NCBI GenBank assembly: GCA_947491315.1
Contig: CANLII010000003.1
Span: forward strand, 7,970-71,969
Source of the DNA: Ignavibacteria bacterium
GTDB taxonomy: Bacteria; Bacteroidota; Ignavibacteria; Kapaibacteriales; UBA961
DNA: 64,000 nucleotides
Direction: 5' to 3'
Positions 1 through 10,201 of this stretch are shown here, piece after piece; the first letter of the stretch is position 1, and each line of letters opens with the position of its first letter. The translations under genes were made by a program, and so were the position numbers. The notes under the pieces were generated by a model. The model ran no database searches and was not told the DNA's origin. It saw only the letters and a program-made list of their open reading frames with translations.

Positions 1-575
1 CCTTTCGCAACTGCAGTCTTGAGTTTGGATTGCATACGAGAATACTTCGTGAATCTCTTGCCTTCGAATACACTGCTATCATTATCCATTTGTGGTTCAC
101 CACGAAGTATGATGACAACTTTTCCTTTGACATCGAGATCTTTATAATCATCATATTTATACTCCGGTGCAGTGATTCCATATCCTGCAAAAGCCAGTTG
201 TGCATAGGCAACATTGGATGAACCTGAATATTCAAAAGGAATGAAATCGTCTTTTAGTGCCATCTCGGAAATTCCATTGCCTTTCTTCACAATGAATGTT
301 GTCGGCTTATCCAAATGAAGTCGTTCCAATGTATATGTGTGATAATAAGAGCCATTGATTGGCAATACACCCAATTCTTTGAATTGATCTGCGATATATG
401 CTGCTGCTTTTTCCAGTTCAGGGCTTGGCGTATTTCTTCCTTTCATTTCATCGGAGGCAAGCATATTGATATGCATTTTGGCCCGAGACATTGAAATGGT
501 CGGCAATGAAACAGTGGATTCATTTGCTTGAAGAATATGAAGACTAATCATCATAAGGAATATACAAACGGAATT
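1..575 (-). CDS. M28-family peptidase with PA domain, N-terminal part only (gene continues past the window start)
   Basis: The reverse-strand reading opens with ATG at 575-573 and translates MRNSVCIFLMMISLHILQANESTVSLPTISMSRAKMHINMLASDEMKGRNTPSPELEKAAAYIADQFKELGV...DVKGKVVIILRGEPQ. That is a signal peptide, an M28 N-terminal motif and a PA-domain GK(V/I)V..RG motif. The ORF track does not list it because it runs off the window edge. Confidence 0.6.
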
Positions 576-585
576 TCTCATTGTA

Positions 586-2493
586 TTAATATTTTGATGT
601 ATGAAACTTGAGTGGTAAATCATGTCTTTCTTGCATTATTGTTTGAATCACTGAAACAATTCTCAACTCATCTTCGAGATTCAATCCTGATTGCAATTGT
701 CTTTGGAGTGCTTGTAGTTCAATGTCAAGATGTTTTAATCGCAATGATGCAAGAGCTTCCACGAGAAGTCTTTCTTCAATATTCTCGGGTAATCTCACAT
801 TGAACTCTTTCCATTTTGGACTCAAGAGTACTTTCCCGAAGAGAATGTCCATGAGTAATTCTCGGACTATTTCTTCGAGATCATTTCTTTCGGACAATAC
901 AATATGCACCGGTCTGCCTCCATGCTGCGTATAAGCAAGGATGATTTCATCATAGAGTTTTCCTGCCGCTTCAGAAATGAATGCTTGTTTTGTGATATTC
1001 AATGTGATGCATAAAGCACGAAGCGATGGCTCATGTGTCAAAGCCAAATGCAAGATCTCTTTTTCTTCCGGTAGAACACTGATATTCAGTAAATCAGTGA
1101 ATGTTGTTGTTTGAGTGAGATCAGTTTGCTGTATTGCCTTTTTCTGAATCGCAAATGCATTCCTATTTGCATTGATTGATGGCAATGATGCTTTTCTTAA
1201 TTCATCATAGAGATGTGAAATTTGTCCATAACTCAAATGCAAAGTATCTGAGATTTGCTGAATGTAAAAATCATGCTGCAAGACATCAGGAATTTTTGCA
1301 ACCGTTTCAATCAATGAGCGAATGGCTTGGGCTTTTTCTGCAGGACTGTTCAGTAAGCCTTGTTTTCTGAATGATTCAACTTTGAATTGAATGATGGTCA
1401 TGGCCAATTCGATTGCTCGACGGAAAGATTCAGGTCCGCGATTTCGTACAAAACTGTCGGGGTCTTCGCCTTCCGGAAGTGCAATCAGTCGAACATCATA
1501 CCCTTGCTCAATTGCAAGGTCAATACCACGCAAAGCGGCTTGTTCACCGGCAACATCGCCATCATAGACGATATAGAGTTTTTTGGAATAGCGTGATAAT
1601 AATTGCAATTGTTCTGTGGTCAGTGCTGTTCCGCTACTTGCAACCGTATTGCTGAAACCTGCTTGTACAAGAGAAATAGTATCGGCATATCCCTCAGTCA
1701 GAATCACGTAACCGAGTGATCGAATCGATGACTTGGCTTGCGCGAGTCCATATAATATTCGACTCTTGTCATAAATCAAGGATTGTGGTGAATTGATATA
1801 CTTCGGTTGTGCATCATCCTCCACCATCCGTCTTGCGCCAAAACCAACAACTTTTCCAAGATGATCATGCACCGGAAACATTGCTCTTCCACGGAATCGA
1901 TCATATGATGAATTGTCTTTTTCTCTTCGTAAAATCAATCCGGCATCTTCCATGGCTTGTTCAGAAAACCCGGATGATGTCAAAAATTGTAAAGTCTGCG
2001 TCCACGAATCCGGTGAACATCCAAGACCGAATAATTCCTGAATATCATCATCAAATCCTCTTCGCATGAAATAGGCATAGATCTGTTGACCAGAAAATTG
2101 CTTCAACTGTTCGCGATAATATGTTTCGGCTTTTTGCATAATCAAATAAGCCGCTTCTTTTCTCGCATGTTTTGCTTGTGCTTCCGGATCTTTTATTTCA
2201 TCTTCCGGCAGCGGAACACCTGCTCTATCTGCGAGCATGCGTATGGCTTCGGGGAAAGACAGTCCGAGTTTGTTCATTACATAATGGAATGCATTTCCGC
2301 CCTTGCCACAAGAAAAACATTTAAAAATGCCTAATTCAGCATTCACATTCATTGATGGTTTTTTATCCGGATGGAATGGACAGAGTCCAAGATGCCCTTT
2401 GCCCGAACGCTTCAATTGCACGGACTCGCTAATGAGATCAACGATATCGATGCGTTGGCGTATTTCATCCAAAAGATGTTCGGGATATAACAT
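586..2493 (-). CDS. dnaG: DNA primase DnaG
   Basis: 635 aa. N-terminal zinc ribbon CPFHPDKKPSMNV...FKCFSCGKGGNAFHYV, a TOPRIM region (YIVYDGDVAGEQAA), and overall colinearity with bacterial primases. Confidence 0.9.
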   Translation of the reverse strand: MLYPEHLLDEIRQRIDIVDLISESVQLKRSGKGHLGLCPFHPDKKPSMNVNAELGIFKCFSCGKGGNAFHYVMNKLGLSFPEAIRMLADRAGVPLPEDEIKDPEAQAKHARKEAAYLIMQKAETYYREQLKQFSGQQIYAYFMRRGFDDDIQELFGLGCSPDSWTQTLQFLTSSGFSEQAMEDAGLILRREKDNSSYDRFRGRAMFPVHDHLGKVVGFGARRMVEDDAQPKYINSPQSLIYDKSRILYGLAQAKSSIRSLGYVILTEGYADTISLVQAGFSNTVASSGTALTTEQLQLLSRYSKKLYIVYDGDVAGEQAALRGIDLAIEQGYDVRLIALPEGEDPDSFVRNRGPESFRRAIELAMTIIQFKVESFRKQGLLNSPAEKAQAIRSLIETVAKIPDVLQHDFYIQQISDTLHLSYGQISHLYDELRKASLPSINANRNAFAIQKKAIQQTDLTQTTTFTDLLNISVLPEEKEILHLALTHEPSLRALCITLNITKQAFISEAAGKLYDEIILAYTQHGGRPVHIVLSERNDLEEIVRELLMDILFGKVLLSPKWKEFNVRLPENIEERLLVEALASLRLKHLDIELQALQRQLQSGLNLEDELRIVSVIQTIMQERHDLPLKFHTSKY

Positions 2494-2494
2494 A

Positions 2495-3439
2495 TCAGGG
2501 TTTCGGATAAATAATGAGTCGATGTTTTACATTTTTAGGATTTGTTCCAATCACGGTGATTCCTGCGGGAACAACAAAAGTTGGAATGATGAATCCTGTT
2601 GAATCCTCAATCAATTGAGGATAATATACAATTGCTTTGATATCATCCGGACTGAGAGAAGCGAGTCTTCGTACCCCGCCCCGTATCTGCGTGCTGATTC
2701 TACTCGGCTCTATGCTATGAGCGGAATGTGTTGGTGCTCCAGCAATGATGATGGGTACATCACCAACCGTGATTTCAGCAATTTGTTGAATATCGCCGGA
2801 TATGGTTACTTCTTTGATTGCACTTGTCACAAGATTAGGAAGTGAATCTTGAAGCGGAACGGTAAAGGAAAATGGTCCGGTCAAATCATTGAATGACAAT
2901 GTATTCGTGGCCCATGATCTGAGAGTCGGGATAATGGATCCATTGCCACGCAACACTATGCTGTCGGGTTCAATCTTGACTTTCCCGATAATCATATATC
3001 CTTCGGCAGGATTGATGGATACTCGAGATTGCACCGGTGCGCTTTGTCTAAATAACATGCCTGTTTTAAGCATGATGCTTTCCGGTAATAATTCCACCAC
3101 TTTTTCTAAACTCACGGATGGATTGATTCCCTGCAAAATATCGGACTTTTTCAATTCAACGATTCCATCCGGAGCAACATTTGCTTTGGCCAAATCTATC
3201 CTGCATTCCTTACCCGAACTGAAATACTGTAAATAAAGCAATTGCCATCCCGATGTGCGAAGTTTCACTGATATTGAGGGCGGTGGCTCCATTTCAAGTG
3301 AGCGCTCTTCGGATAAATCAATGATGAGCGGATAGGTGACATAGACCGTTGACGGAGTGGTCATACTCACATAACCCCATAAACCCAATGCTAATACAAT
3401 GGATAAGATAATGGGCATTATGGGTCTTTTGTTTGTCAT
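2495..3439 (-). CDS. YbbR-like domain protein, exported or membrane-anchored
   Basis: 314 aa with an N-terminal hydrophobic anchor (PIMPIILSIVLALGLWGYV) and repeated YbbR-type beta-rich segments. It lies 1 bp downstream of dnaG on the same strand. Confidence 0.5.
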   Translation of the reverse strand: MTNKRPIMPIILSIVLALGLWGYVSMTTPSTVYVTYPLIIDLSEERSLEMEPPPSISVKLRTSGWQLLYLQYFSSGKECRIDLAKANVAPDGIVELKKSDILQGINPSVSLEKVVELLPESIMLKTGMLFRQSAPVQSRVSINPAEGYMIIGKVKIEPDSIVLRGNGSIIPTLRSWATNTLSFNDLTGPFSFTVPLQDSLPNLVTSAIKEVTISGDIQQIAEITVGDVPIIIAGAPTHSAHSIEPSRISTQIRGGVRRLASLSPDDIKAIVYYPQLIEDSTGFIIPTFVVPAGITVIGTNPKNVKHRLIIYPKP

Positions 3440-3576
3440 ACTCAGTTTCGAGTCTCATAATAGAGTGATGCAAATTTACAAAACTCCCTTGTCTGCATCC
3501 GGACTTTTACGGAATCACGGGCTTATCATTGATAAATAGTGATATTTTTGTCCAAGAAATCAATGCGATATACTCT

Positions 3577-4491
3577 ATGAATCAGATTTTCTCCGGAATA
3601 TTCATTCTTTGCACATTCCTTCTCGGCTTGTATAGTGCAGGTTGCGAGAAGCCAAATAATGATGGGAAGATTCATATTGTGGCTACCACGGGAATAATCG
3701 GGGATATAGTGCAATCCTCATTGGATTCGAATTTCGTGATTCATGTACTCATGAAACCGGGTGTTGATCCTCATTTGTATAAAGCCACTGCAGGCGACAT
3801 TTCTCTTCTTTTGAATGCAGATATCATCATCTATAATGGCTTGCATCTTGAGGGCAAGATGAGCGAAGTACTCGCAAAATTATCCGCCAAAAAGAATGTT
3901 ATTGCAATGTCTGATCATTTGCCCGAACAAGCTCTTCGGTTAATCGATGGAGCCCATGACCCGCATCTTTGGTTCGATGTCCAATTGTGGCATGATGCTC
4001 TTCAGGGAACTTTGAAGGCGATTGCAAAGTATTACCCTGCTGAATCGCAATCAAGCAAAGTAAAAGCGGAAGCATATGCTGGAAAACTTCAGAAGCTTCA
4101 TGTATGGACCGATTCTTTGATAGCAACCATTCCGGAACAAAGGCGTTATCTCATTACCGCTCATGATGCCTTCGGATATTTCGGTGATGCATATGACATC
4201 AAAGTAGTTGGACTACAAGGCATGTCAACCCTCAGTGACTTCGGAATGAATGATCTCATGAGCATTGGCAATCTGATTCTCCATAAAAAGATTCGATCCA
4301 TATTTGTTGAAATGTCCATCGCACCAAGGTCAATGGAAGCAGTGATGCTGAATGTCACATCTCGTGGAGGCTCGGTGAACATCGGAGGAAATCTGTATGC
4401 TGATGCACTCGATGCTTCAAACACAAATGCCGGGACATATATCGGCATAATCAAACATAATGTACAAACTATTGTGAAAGCACTCAAATGA
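3577..4491 (+). CDS. metal (Zn/Mn) ABC transporter substrate-binding lipoprotein, ZnuA/TroA family
   Basis: Cluster-9 substrate-binding fold with motifs HIVATTGIIGDIV, DPHLWFDVQLW and ITAHDAFGYFG. The probable start is the internal ATG at 3577 (MNQIFSGIFILCTFLLGLYSAGC, lipobox-like). The ORF track begins upstream at 3529. Confidence 0.75.
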   Translation: MNQIFSGIFILCTFLLGLYSAGCEKPNNDGKIHIVATTGIIGDIVQSSLDSNFVIHVLMKPGVDPHLYKATAGDISLLLNADIIIYNGLHLEGKMSEVLAKLSAKKNVIAMSDHLPEQALRLIDGAHDPHLWFDVQLWHDALQGTLKAIAKYYPAESQSSKVKAEAYAGKLQKLHVWTDSLIATIPEQRRYLITAHDAFGYFGDAYDIKVVGLQGMSTLSDFGMNDLMSIGNLILHKKIRSIFVEMSIAPRSMEAVMLNVTSRGGSVNIGGNLYADALDASNTNAGTYIGIIKHNVQTIVKALK

Positions 4492-5144
4492 CAATGATTC
4501 CACCGGACGATATAGCCTCTTTACGCAAAGAATATAAGCGCGGTGATTTGATAGAATCTACTATTCCTGAAAATCCAATGCAATTGTTTTCCGAGTGGTT
4601 CATTCAAGCAGGAGCCATGGGAGTGATTGAACAGAATGCAATGATTCTTTCAACGGTTTCGCAGGATGGGAAACCGTCCTCTCGCACAGTTCTTCTCAAA
4701 GGAATCGAAGCGGAAGATTTTGTATTCTTCACGAATTATGAAAGCAGAAAAGCAGATGAAATCAAGCAAAATCCCTATGTGTCTTTACTATTTCTTTGGC
4801 TTGAACCTGAAAGACAAGTTCGCATTGAAGGAATCGCCTCTCGCATTTCACCCGAAGCTAGCAGAGCATATTTCAAGTCTCGTCCCAGGGAAAGTCAATT
4901 GGGTGCATGGGCATCCCAACAAAGCGCAATCATTGCCAATCGTGAAGAACTTGAAGCTTGCTACAAAGGAATGGAAGAACGATTTAAAGATCAAGAGGAT
5001 ATTCCAATGCCTGATTTTTGGGGTGGATATGCGATTGCGCCATCATCTATTGAATTTTGGCAGGGGAGAATTGGTCGCCTGCATGACCGCATCATCTATA
5101 AAAAGAATGGCGATACTTGGACTCAATACCGATTGAATCCATGA
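4488..5144 (+). CDS. pdxH: pyridoxamine 5'-phosphate oxidase
   Basis: 218 aa. LLKGIEAEDFVFFTNYESRKADEIKQNPYVSLLFLW and the C-terminal WGGYAIAPSSIEFWQGR match PdxH along the whole length. It overlaps the upstream gene by 4 bp (ATGA). Confidence 0.9.
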   Translation: MTMIPPDDIASLRKEYKRGDLIESTIPENPMQLFSEWFIQAGAMGVIEQNAMILSTVSQDGKPSSRTVLLKGIEAEDFVFFTNYESRKADEIKQNPYVSLLFLWLEPERQVRIEGIASRISPEASRAYFKSRPRESQLGAWASQQSAIIANREELEACYKGMEERFKDQEDIPMPDFWGGYAIAPSSIEFWQGRIGRLHDRIIYKKNGDTWTQYRLNP

Positions 5145-5161
5145 TATCGCCAAATTCCGAT

Positions 5162-6472
5162 TTATTCCTGTGATTCAATTTCTCGAAGCAGGGCTTGTTT
5201 TTCAATTTCAAGTTGTCTGATTTTTCTATCGAGATTGTCGAGTTCTTCCGGCATGGAATCTATTTCAATGCGCAATTTACTGGCGGCTTCATCCACCAAA
5301 TCAATTGCTTTGTCGGGCAGAAAACGATCTGTGATATATCGTGATGACAATTGGGCGGCGGCCACGATTGCAGAATCTGTAATGCGCACGCCATGATGCA
5401 CTTCATAGCGTTCTTTCAAACCGCGCAAAATGGAGATTGTGTCATCGACTGTGGGTTCATCCACCAGTACTTTTTGAAAACGACGCTCTAACGCGGGATC
5501 TTTCTCAATGTATTTTTGATATTCATCCAAGGTGGTGGCACCGATGCATCGCAAATCACCCCGCGCAAGTGCGGGTTTGAGAATATTTGCCGCATCCATC
5601 GAACCACCCGTTGCGCCTGCTCCGATTAAAGTATGCAATTCATCGATGAAGAGAATGATTTCACCATCAGAATCTGTCACTTGCTGAATGATTGCTTTGA
5701 GTCTTTCCTCGAATTGACCCCGAAAACTCGTTCCTGCAACAAGAGCTCCGAGATCGAGTGAGACAATTGTTTTTGAGCGTAATGTTTCCGGCACATCGCC
5801 ACTGACGATTCTTTGCGCAATTCCTTCGACGATTGCAGTCTTCCCAACACCCGGTTCACCTATGATCACCGGATTGTTTTTTGTTCTGCGTGAAAGCACC
5901 TGAAGAATTCTGCGAATTTCATCTTCTCGGCCAATGACGGGATCTATCTTGCCTTTACGCGCTTCATCATTGAGAATGCGACCATATTTCTGAAGAGCTT
6001 GATACTTGTCTTCGGGATTCTGATCTGTTACTCTTTGATTACCACGAGTTTCAGAAAGAATCTTCTTGATGGTCTCGCGACTGATTCCTTGATCCTTGAG
6101 TAATTGCGAAGCTGAAGATTTGACTTCAGTACAGGCAATAAGCAAATGCTCAACGCTTGCATATTCATCATTCATGGATTTGGCTTCTTGCAATGCTTTT
6201 TCAAGAATGGCATTTAAATCCTGAGAAACATAATTGCCAGTGGAGCCCGACACCTTGGGTAATGCAGTCATTTGCTCATTTAGCTTGATCTTGAGATGAT
6301 TGACATTTGCCCCAATTTTCATGAGCATCGGTGGGACAATCCCTGCCGAATCTTGAATCAATGCCGCAAGTAAATGAATAGGCTCTATGGATTGATTGCC
6401 ATAGCCATGTGCAATTTCTTGTGCTGTTTGCAATGCTTCTTGAGACTTCAATGTATATTTTTGAAGATTCAT
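5162..6472 (-). CDS. clpB: truncated ClpB-like AAA+ chaperone (N-domain, NBD1 and the start of the M-domain only); possible pseudogene or remnant
   Basis: The Clp N-repeat region is followed by Walker [14 protein letters not shown], Walker B ILFIDELH and the sensor region. The ORF stops inside the coiled-coil M-domain (...LLREIESQE*). No second nucleotide-binding domain follows. The convergent pdxH stop lies only 17 bp away. Confidence 0.8.
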   Translation of the reverse strand: MNLQKYTLKSQEALQTAQEIAHGYGNQSIEPIHLLAALIQDSAGIVPPMLMKIGANVNHLKIKLNEQMTALPKVSGSTGNYVSQDLNAILEKALQEAKSMNDEYASVEHLLIACTEVKSSASQLLKDQGISRETIKKILSETRGNQRVTDQNPEDKYQALQKYGRILNDEARKGKIDPVIGREDEIRRILQVLSRRTKNNPVIIGEPGVGKTAIVEGIAQRIVSGDVPETLRSKTIVSLDLGALVAGTSFRGQFEERLKAIIQQVTDSDGEIILFIDELHTLIGAGATGGSMDAANILKPALARGDLRCIGATTLDEYQKYIEKDPALERRFQKVLVDEPTVDDTISILRGLKERYEVHHGVRITDSAIVAAAQLSSRYITDRFLPDKAIDLVDEAASKLRIEIDSMPEELDNLDRKIRQLEIEKQALLREIESQE

Positions 6473-6606
6473 GATTGCACCTCGCAATTTCTGTTCATAT
6501 CCTTACCTGTATTTATTGAAACCGGCTCATTGACGAAGCATGAACAAAGAAATTTCCTTTGGCTTGTCGAAGTCCGTATTTTGCACGCATCAATAGCGAA
6601 TCAAAC

Positions 6607-7728
6607 ATGTATGTAAAATCCATCATCGTCGAACATCTCCGTAATCATGAGCATAGTGAGCTCATATGTTCGCCTTCTTTGAATATCATAAGCGGATTGA
6701 ATGGAGCGGGTAAAACCACTATTCTCGAGGCAATTTCGATATGTGGATTGTCGAAAACATTTCTGCCTGGTACCGATAGCGATTTGATCAAACATGGTAA
6801 GGAATCGTATACTGTCTCTTTACAGGCAGTTTCAGATCTTGGTATTCCGTATAAAGTGGGCGTGCGCTATATTGATGGTCAAAGAAAACTCATCAATTCA
6901 AGCATCGGGGACAGGATGAATCCGAAAGATATTCTTGGCGAATTGCCACTGATTATTCTTTCTCCGGATTTCAAAGAAATCACATTTGGAGCGCCTGATG
7001 ATCGTAGAAGATTCATGGATGCACTGCTCTCCCAGGCGAAGTATGTGTATGTGGAATCAGCAATCAATCTCAAGAAAATCATCAAGCAGAGAAATGCACT
7101 CTTGCAAAAAGCGAAAATGTATGGTCAAAAACCCGATGAAGCTTTGCTTGATATCATGACCAATCAAATGATGGATGCGGGTTCCACGCTTGCTTCACTT
7201 CGAGCGCAATTCATCAATGAATTCACTCCGCATTTTCTTGTAGCATATAAGAAGATCACTGATACCGATGAACAAGTTGGAATTGTCTATTTACCTGATA
7301 CGGCAAATGGTAGAACATTAATCACCAAAGAAGATTTCAGCGAATCATATATGCTCGCATATCGATCATTGAAAGAAGAAGAAGTGAGAAGAGGTACTAC
7401 ATTGTTCGGACCGCAGAAGGACGATCTCGAGATTTCAATCAATGGTGGAAGAGCTCGCGAAACTGCTTCGCAAGGACAGCATAAATCATTGCTGATCAGT
7501 ATCAAATGGGCGGAGTTTACTTATCTGAGAGATGTAAGGGATGAAACGCCTGTATTGCTTTTTGATGATATTTTCAGTGAACTCGATGGCAATAGAACGG
7601 CAAGAGTATTACAACAGATTTTGGATTCAGGGGCTCAAACATTCATCACGACAACAGAAGGGGAGAAATTGATTGCTTCACTGCCGATGAATACAGAATA
7701 TGAAATGATTAATGCGCCTTTTGAGTGA
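6607..7728 (+). CDS. recF: DNA replication and repair protein RecF
   Basis: MYVKSIIVEHLRNHEH...LNIISGLNGAGKTTILEAI (Walker A), signature LSGGQ-like region (ASQGQHKSLLISI) and Walker B LLFDDIFSELD. The start was refined to the ATG at 6607, in frame with the track ORF that begins at 6559. Confidence 0.9.
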   Translation: MYVKSIIVEHLRNHEHSELICSPSLNIISGLNGAGKTTILEAISICGLSKTFLPGTDSDLIKHGKESYTVSLQAVSDLGIPYKVGVRYIDGQRKLINSSIGDRMNPKDILGELPLIILSPDFKEITFGAPDDRRRFMDALLSQAKYVYVESAINLKKIIKQRNALLQKAKMYGQKPDEALLDIMTNQMMDAGSTLASLRAQFINEFTPHFLVAYKKITDTDEQVGIVYLPDTANGRTLITKEDFSESYMLAYRSLKEEEVRRGTTLFGPQKDDLEISINGGRARETASQGQHKSLLISIKWAEFTYLRDVRDETPVLLFDDIFSELDGNRTARVLQQILDSGAQTFITTTEGEKLIASLPMNTEYEMINAPFE

Positions 7729-8452
7729 TAGCTTTAGTAGAAGTATTGTGATTAATGATTATATAAGCAATCACAAGATTTATAACCCAACCACTCCAAG
7801 ATACAATTCTATAGATGTCGATTCTATGCATGTCGGTTGTATTTGCGAGTATGTATTTGTGTAATCGAAGTGTCAAAGCTGATAATGTTAATGCATAGCT
7901 CAGTATCATGTAGTTTTTATGCTTGAGTATGTTTCTTTTTTTTATGGCAAGAAAAGAACGGAGGGTGTAGTAGAACCATAAAGAAGACAATATGCAAAAT
8001 GATGTTTGAGCAATGATTCCACCATTACCATGAAGCCCCATCACAAATCCTGCAGGTGCTGATATGCATACTACTCCTACTACATAAGTAAGCCCGAAAT
8101 AGCGATGAATCAATGGAGTTTTTCTTCTTATACTCTCGATAAATTGAGTCGAACCTAGTAATAAAATGAAAATACTACTAAATACATGTGAAAAAAATGC
8201 GATTTGATAGTATTGAAATTGGATTATATGTTGTTTGGTTGCCAAAAAGGCCACTTGCAAATCAAATGGTATATACTGAAATGTAATTGCAAGCATCAAG
8301 AAAGAGAGGTAGAGAAAAGTAAACAATAGTGTTACTCTCCCTAAAAGTATCAGTATATTTTTTGCTGATGCAAACTGTACTTTAGGATTTCTATTACAAT
8401 CAATAGCTTTATCTTCCATACTCTGAATCATATTGACCAAAGTTTTTTTCAT
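7709..8452 (-). CDS. DUF2306-like polytopic membrane protein
   Basis: About 6 predicted transmembrane segments and an HRYFG motif typical of DUF2306. The region is very AT-rich. The true start is probably an internal Met (about 8419), which would avoid overlap with the upstream gene. Confidence 0.45.
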   Translation of the reverse strand: MKKTLVNMIQSMEDKAIDCNRNPKVQFASAKNILILLGRVTLLFTFLYLSFLMLAITFQYIPFDLQVAFLATKQHIIQFQYYQIAFFSHVFSSIFILLLGSTQFIESIRRKTPLIHRYFGLTYVVGVVCISAPAGFVMGLHGNGGIIAQTSFCILSSLWFYYTLRSFLAIKKRNILKHKNYMILSYALTLSALTLRLHKYILANTTDMHRIDIYRIVSWSGWVINLVIAYIIINHNTSTKAITQKAH

Positions 8453-9350
8453 AACGAACTATGAGTGCAATATTTTGATTTTCGATTGTGGTTAATCCGG
8501 CTTTGGGGTTTGAGCTGACAGGTACATACCAAGGTTGTTTTTCATAATAGATTCTCAAAGGTCTTTTCTTGAATGCATATCCATGCCTAGCAAATACTGT
8601 ATTTCTCAAGAGCATGAGTTCTGATTTTGTCAAGCCTTCAATATCGGATTCACTTAGTAAAGTAGAGGATGGATTGAACGTATATACGATATCATAATTT
8701 GACTCAACCGCTCCATACCATTCATTATATTCTGTGGGATATACAACATTTGACTTAGTCATTTCATCCTCTTTTATTCCTTCCAATCGTATAAAATCAA
8801 TATTGGGATTATATGAAAAAGACTTTTTTGTAAATCTGCAAATTCTTGAAGGTATGTCAATATTGTTATCAGCTGTCCAGTCACCTTGTAAAATGGAGTC
8901 ATTTTTTCTGATTGTAATATTAAATGTTCCTTTATCTGAATCTTTCCCTTTTTCTGATAACTGCAAGACTATGTCTTTATTATCCTCTTGAAATGTTCCC
9001 ACGATATTTTTTGTTAATCCTGCAATAATGCTATATCCAGTTATAGTAGTTCCTTTAACTGAATCAATGACAACAGTAATTTTTTGTTCTTTGTGCCAAG
9101 CAGTCTTTCCTTTGTCTACTATTTTTTTTGTTGATAATTCTTCCTTGGCGTTGAAATAGCCAACCCATAGTCCCTGTAAATTTGCAATCGAAACTTTGCT
9201 AATGCCTTTTACTGCTATTTTGTCTAGATCGACTTTAGCCGACATGCTTACTGATTCATGTTCAATGACCGCATTTTCATTCTTGATCAATTTTGTGCAT
9301 GAGGAAATCGTAGCTGTAAAGAGCACGCAAACAAACAACAATCTTTTCAT
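8409..9350 (-). CDS. lipoprotein with a C-terminal YARHG domain
   Basis: Signal peptide with lipobox MKRLLFVCVLFTATISSC. The C-terminal LLRNTVFARHGYAFKKRPLRIYYEKQPWY matches the YARHG domain signature. Confidence 0.6.
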   Translation of the reverse strand: MKRLLFVCVLFTATISSCTKLIKNENAVIEHESVSMSAKVDLDKIAVKGISKVSIANLQGLWVGYFNAKEELSTKKIVDKGKTAWHKEQKITVVIDSVKGTTITGYSIIAGLTKNIVGTFQEDNKDIVLQLSEKGKDSDKGTFNITIRKNDSILQGDWTADNNIDIPSRICRFTKKSFSYNPNIDFIRLEGIKEDEMTKSNVVYPTEYNEWYGAVESNYDIVYTFNPSSTLLSESDIEGLTKSELMLLRNTVFARHGYAFKKRPLRIYYEKQPWYVPVSSNPKAGLTTIENQNIALIVRYEKNFGQYDSEYGR

Positions 9351-9445
9351 AAGTTAACCTATATTGAAATGGAATTTCTAATCTATTGATCCCACAAAAC
9401 ATTCCCATTCGAAACTACTCATTAGAATATCAGAATCTCCGTACT

Positions 9446-10201
9446 TCACCGCTTTCTTACCACTTCTTGATATGGAACTCTGAATCGTGGTCCCCAAATG
9501 CCTTTTTCGGTACCTTTGCCCACAGCTATGATCATAGTGATTTCAGCTCCGCGCGGCAATTCGAGAATCTTCTTGACACGCTTTTCATCGAAGCCTTCCA
9601 TTGGACAAGTATGAAATCCTGCCGATGCAATCGAAAGCATGAATGTTTGAGCGGCTAATGCACATGATTTATGCACTGTTATGCGTTGTTGTGCAGCGCC
9701 ACCTGCTCTGAAGAATGGACCTTTCAGACCCATAAAAAAACTCAATGCTTTTCTGAATATTCCCATGAGTCCGAATGGATCACGCATATACATGATGGGC
9801 ATGAGTTTGCGATAATAATTCAATCCGGCTTTTTGAAATGTGTTTGCTTCGCCTTGTATGGCTGACTCAATCTGTTCGACATTCCATTCAGCTCTTTGCT
9901 TCCAAAGATCCTGTCTTGTGACAAAGACCACCAAATGCTTGGCAGTCTTCGCGGCTTGCTGATCAAGACATAAGGGAATGAATGCATCCAGCATGTCCTT
10001 TGAAGCAATCCACTGAAATTCCCATAATTGCATATTGCTGCTATTAGGAGATAATATGGCATGTTCGATTGCTTGATGAATCACATCATCTGGAACTTCG
10101 CTATTAGGATCGAATGCTCTATTGGACCGTCGAAATTGTATGATATCGGCAAAGACTTCTCTCTGCCGAACTGATTCATCAATGTCTTTTGACTGATTCA
10201 A
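9446..10201 (-). CDS. nitroreductase-family oxidoreductase
   Basis: 251 aa with nitroreductase-fold motifs (RRSNRAF near the N-terminus, SPNSSNMQLWEF). It overlaps the upstream Fe-S oxidoreductase gene by 23 bp, so the two probably form an operon. Confidence 0.7.
   Translation of the reverse strand: MNQSKDIDESVRQREVFADIIQFRRSNRAFDPNSEVPDDVIHQAIEHAILSPNSSNMQLWEFQWIASKDMLDAFIPLCLDQQAAKTAKHLVVFVTRQDLWKQRAEWNVEQIESAIQGEANTFQKAGLNYYRKLMPIMYMRDPFGLMGIFRKALSFFMGLKGPFFRAGGAAQQRITVHKSCALAAQTFMLSIASAGFHTCPMEGFDEKRVKKILELPRGAEITMIIAVGKGTEKGIWGPRFRVPYQEVVRKR

Noticed and set aside
30-221. 63-aa ORF at the window start (+)
   Set aside because: It lies inside, and antisense to, the M28 peptidase coding region, which has a clear protein signature.
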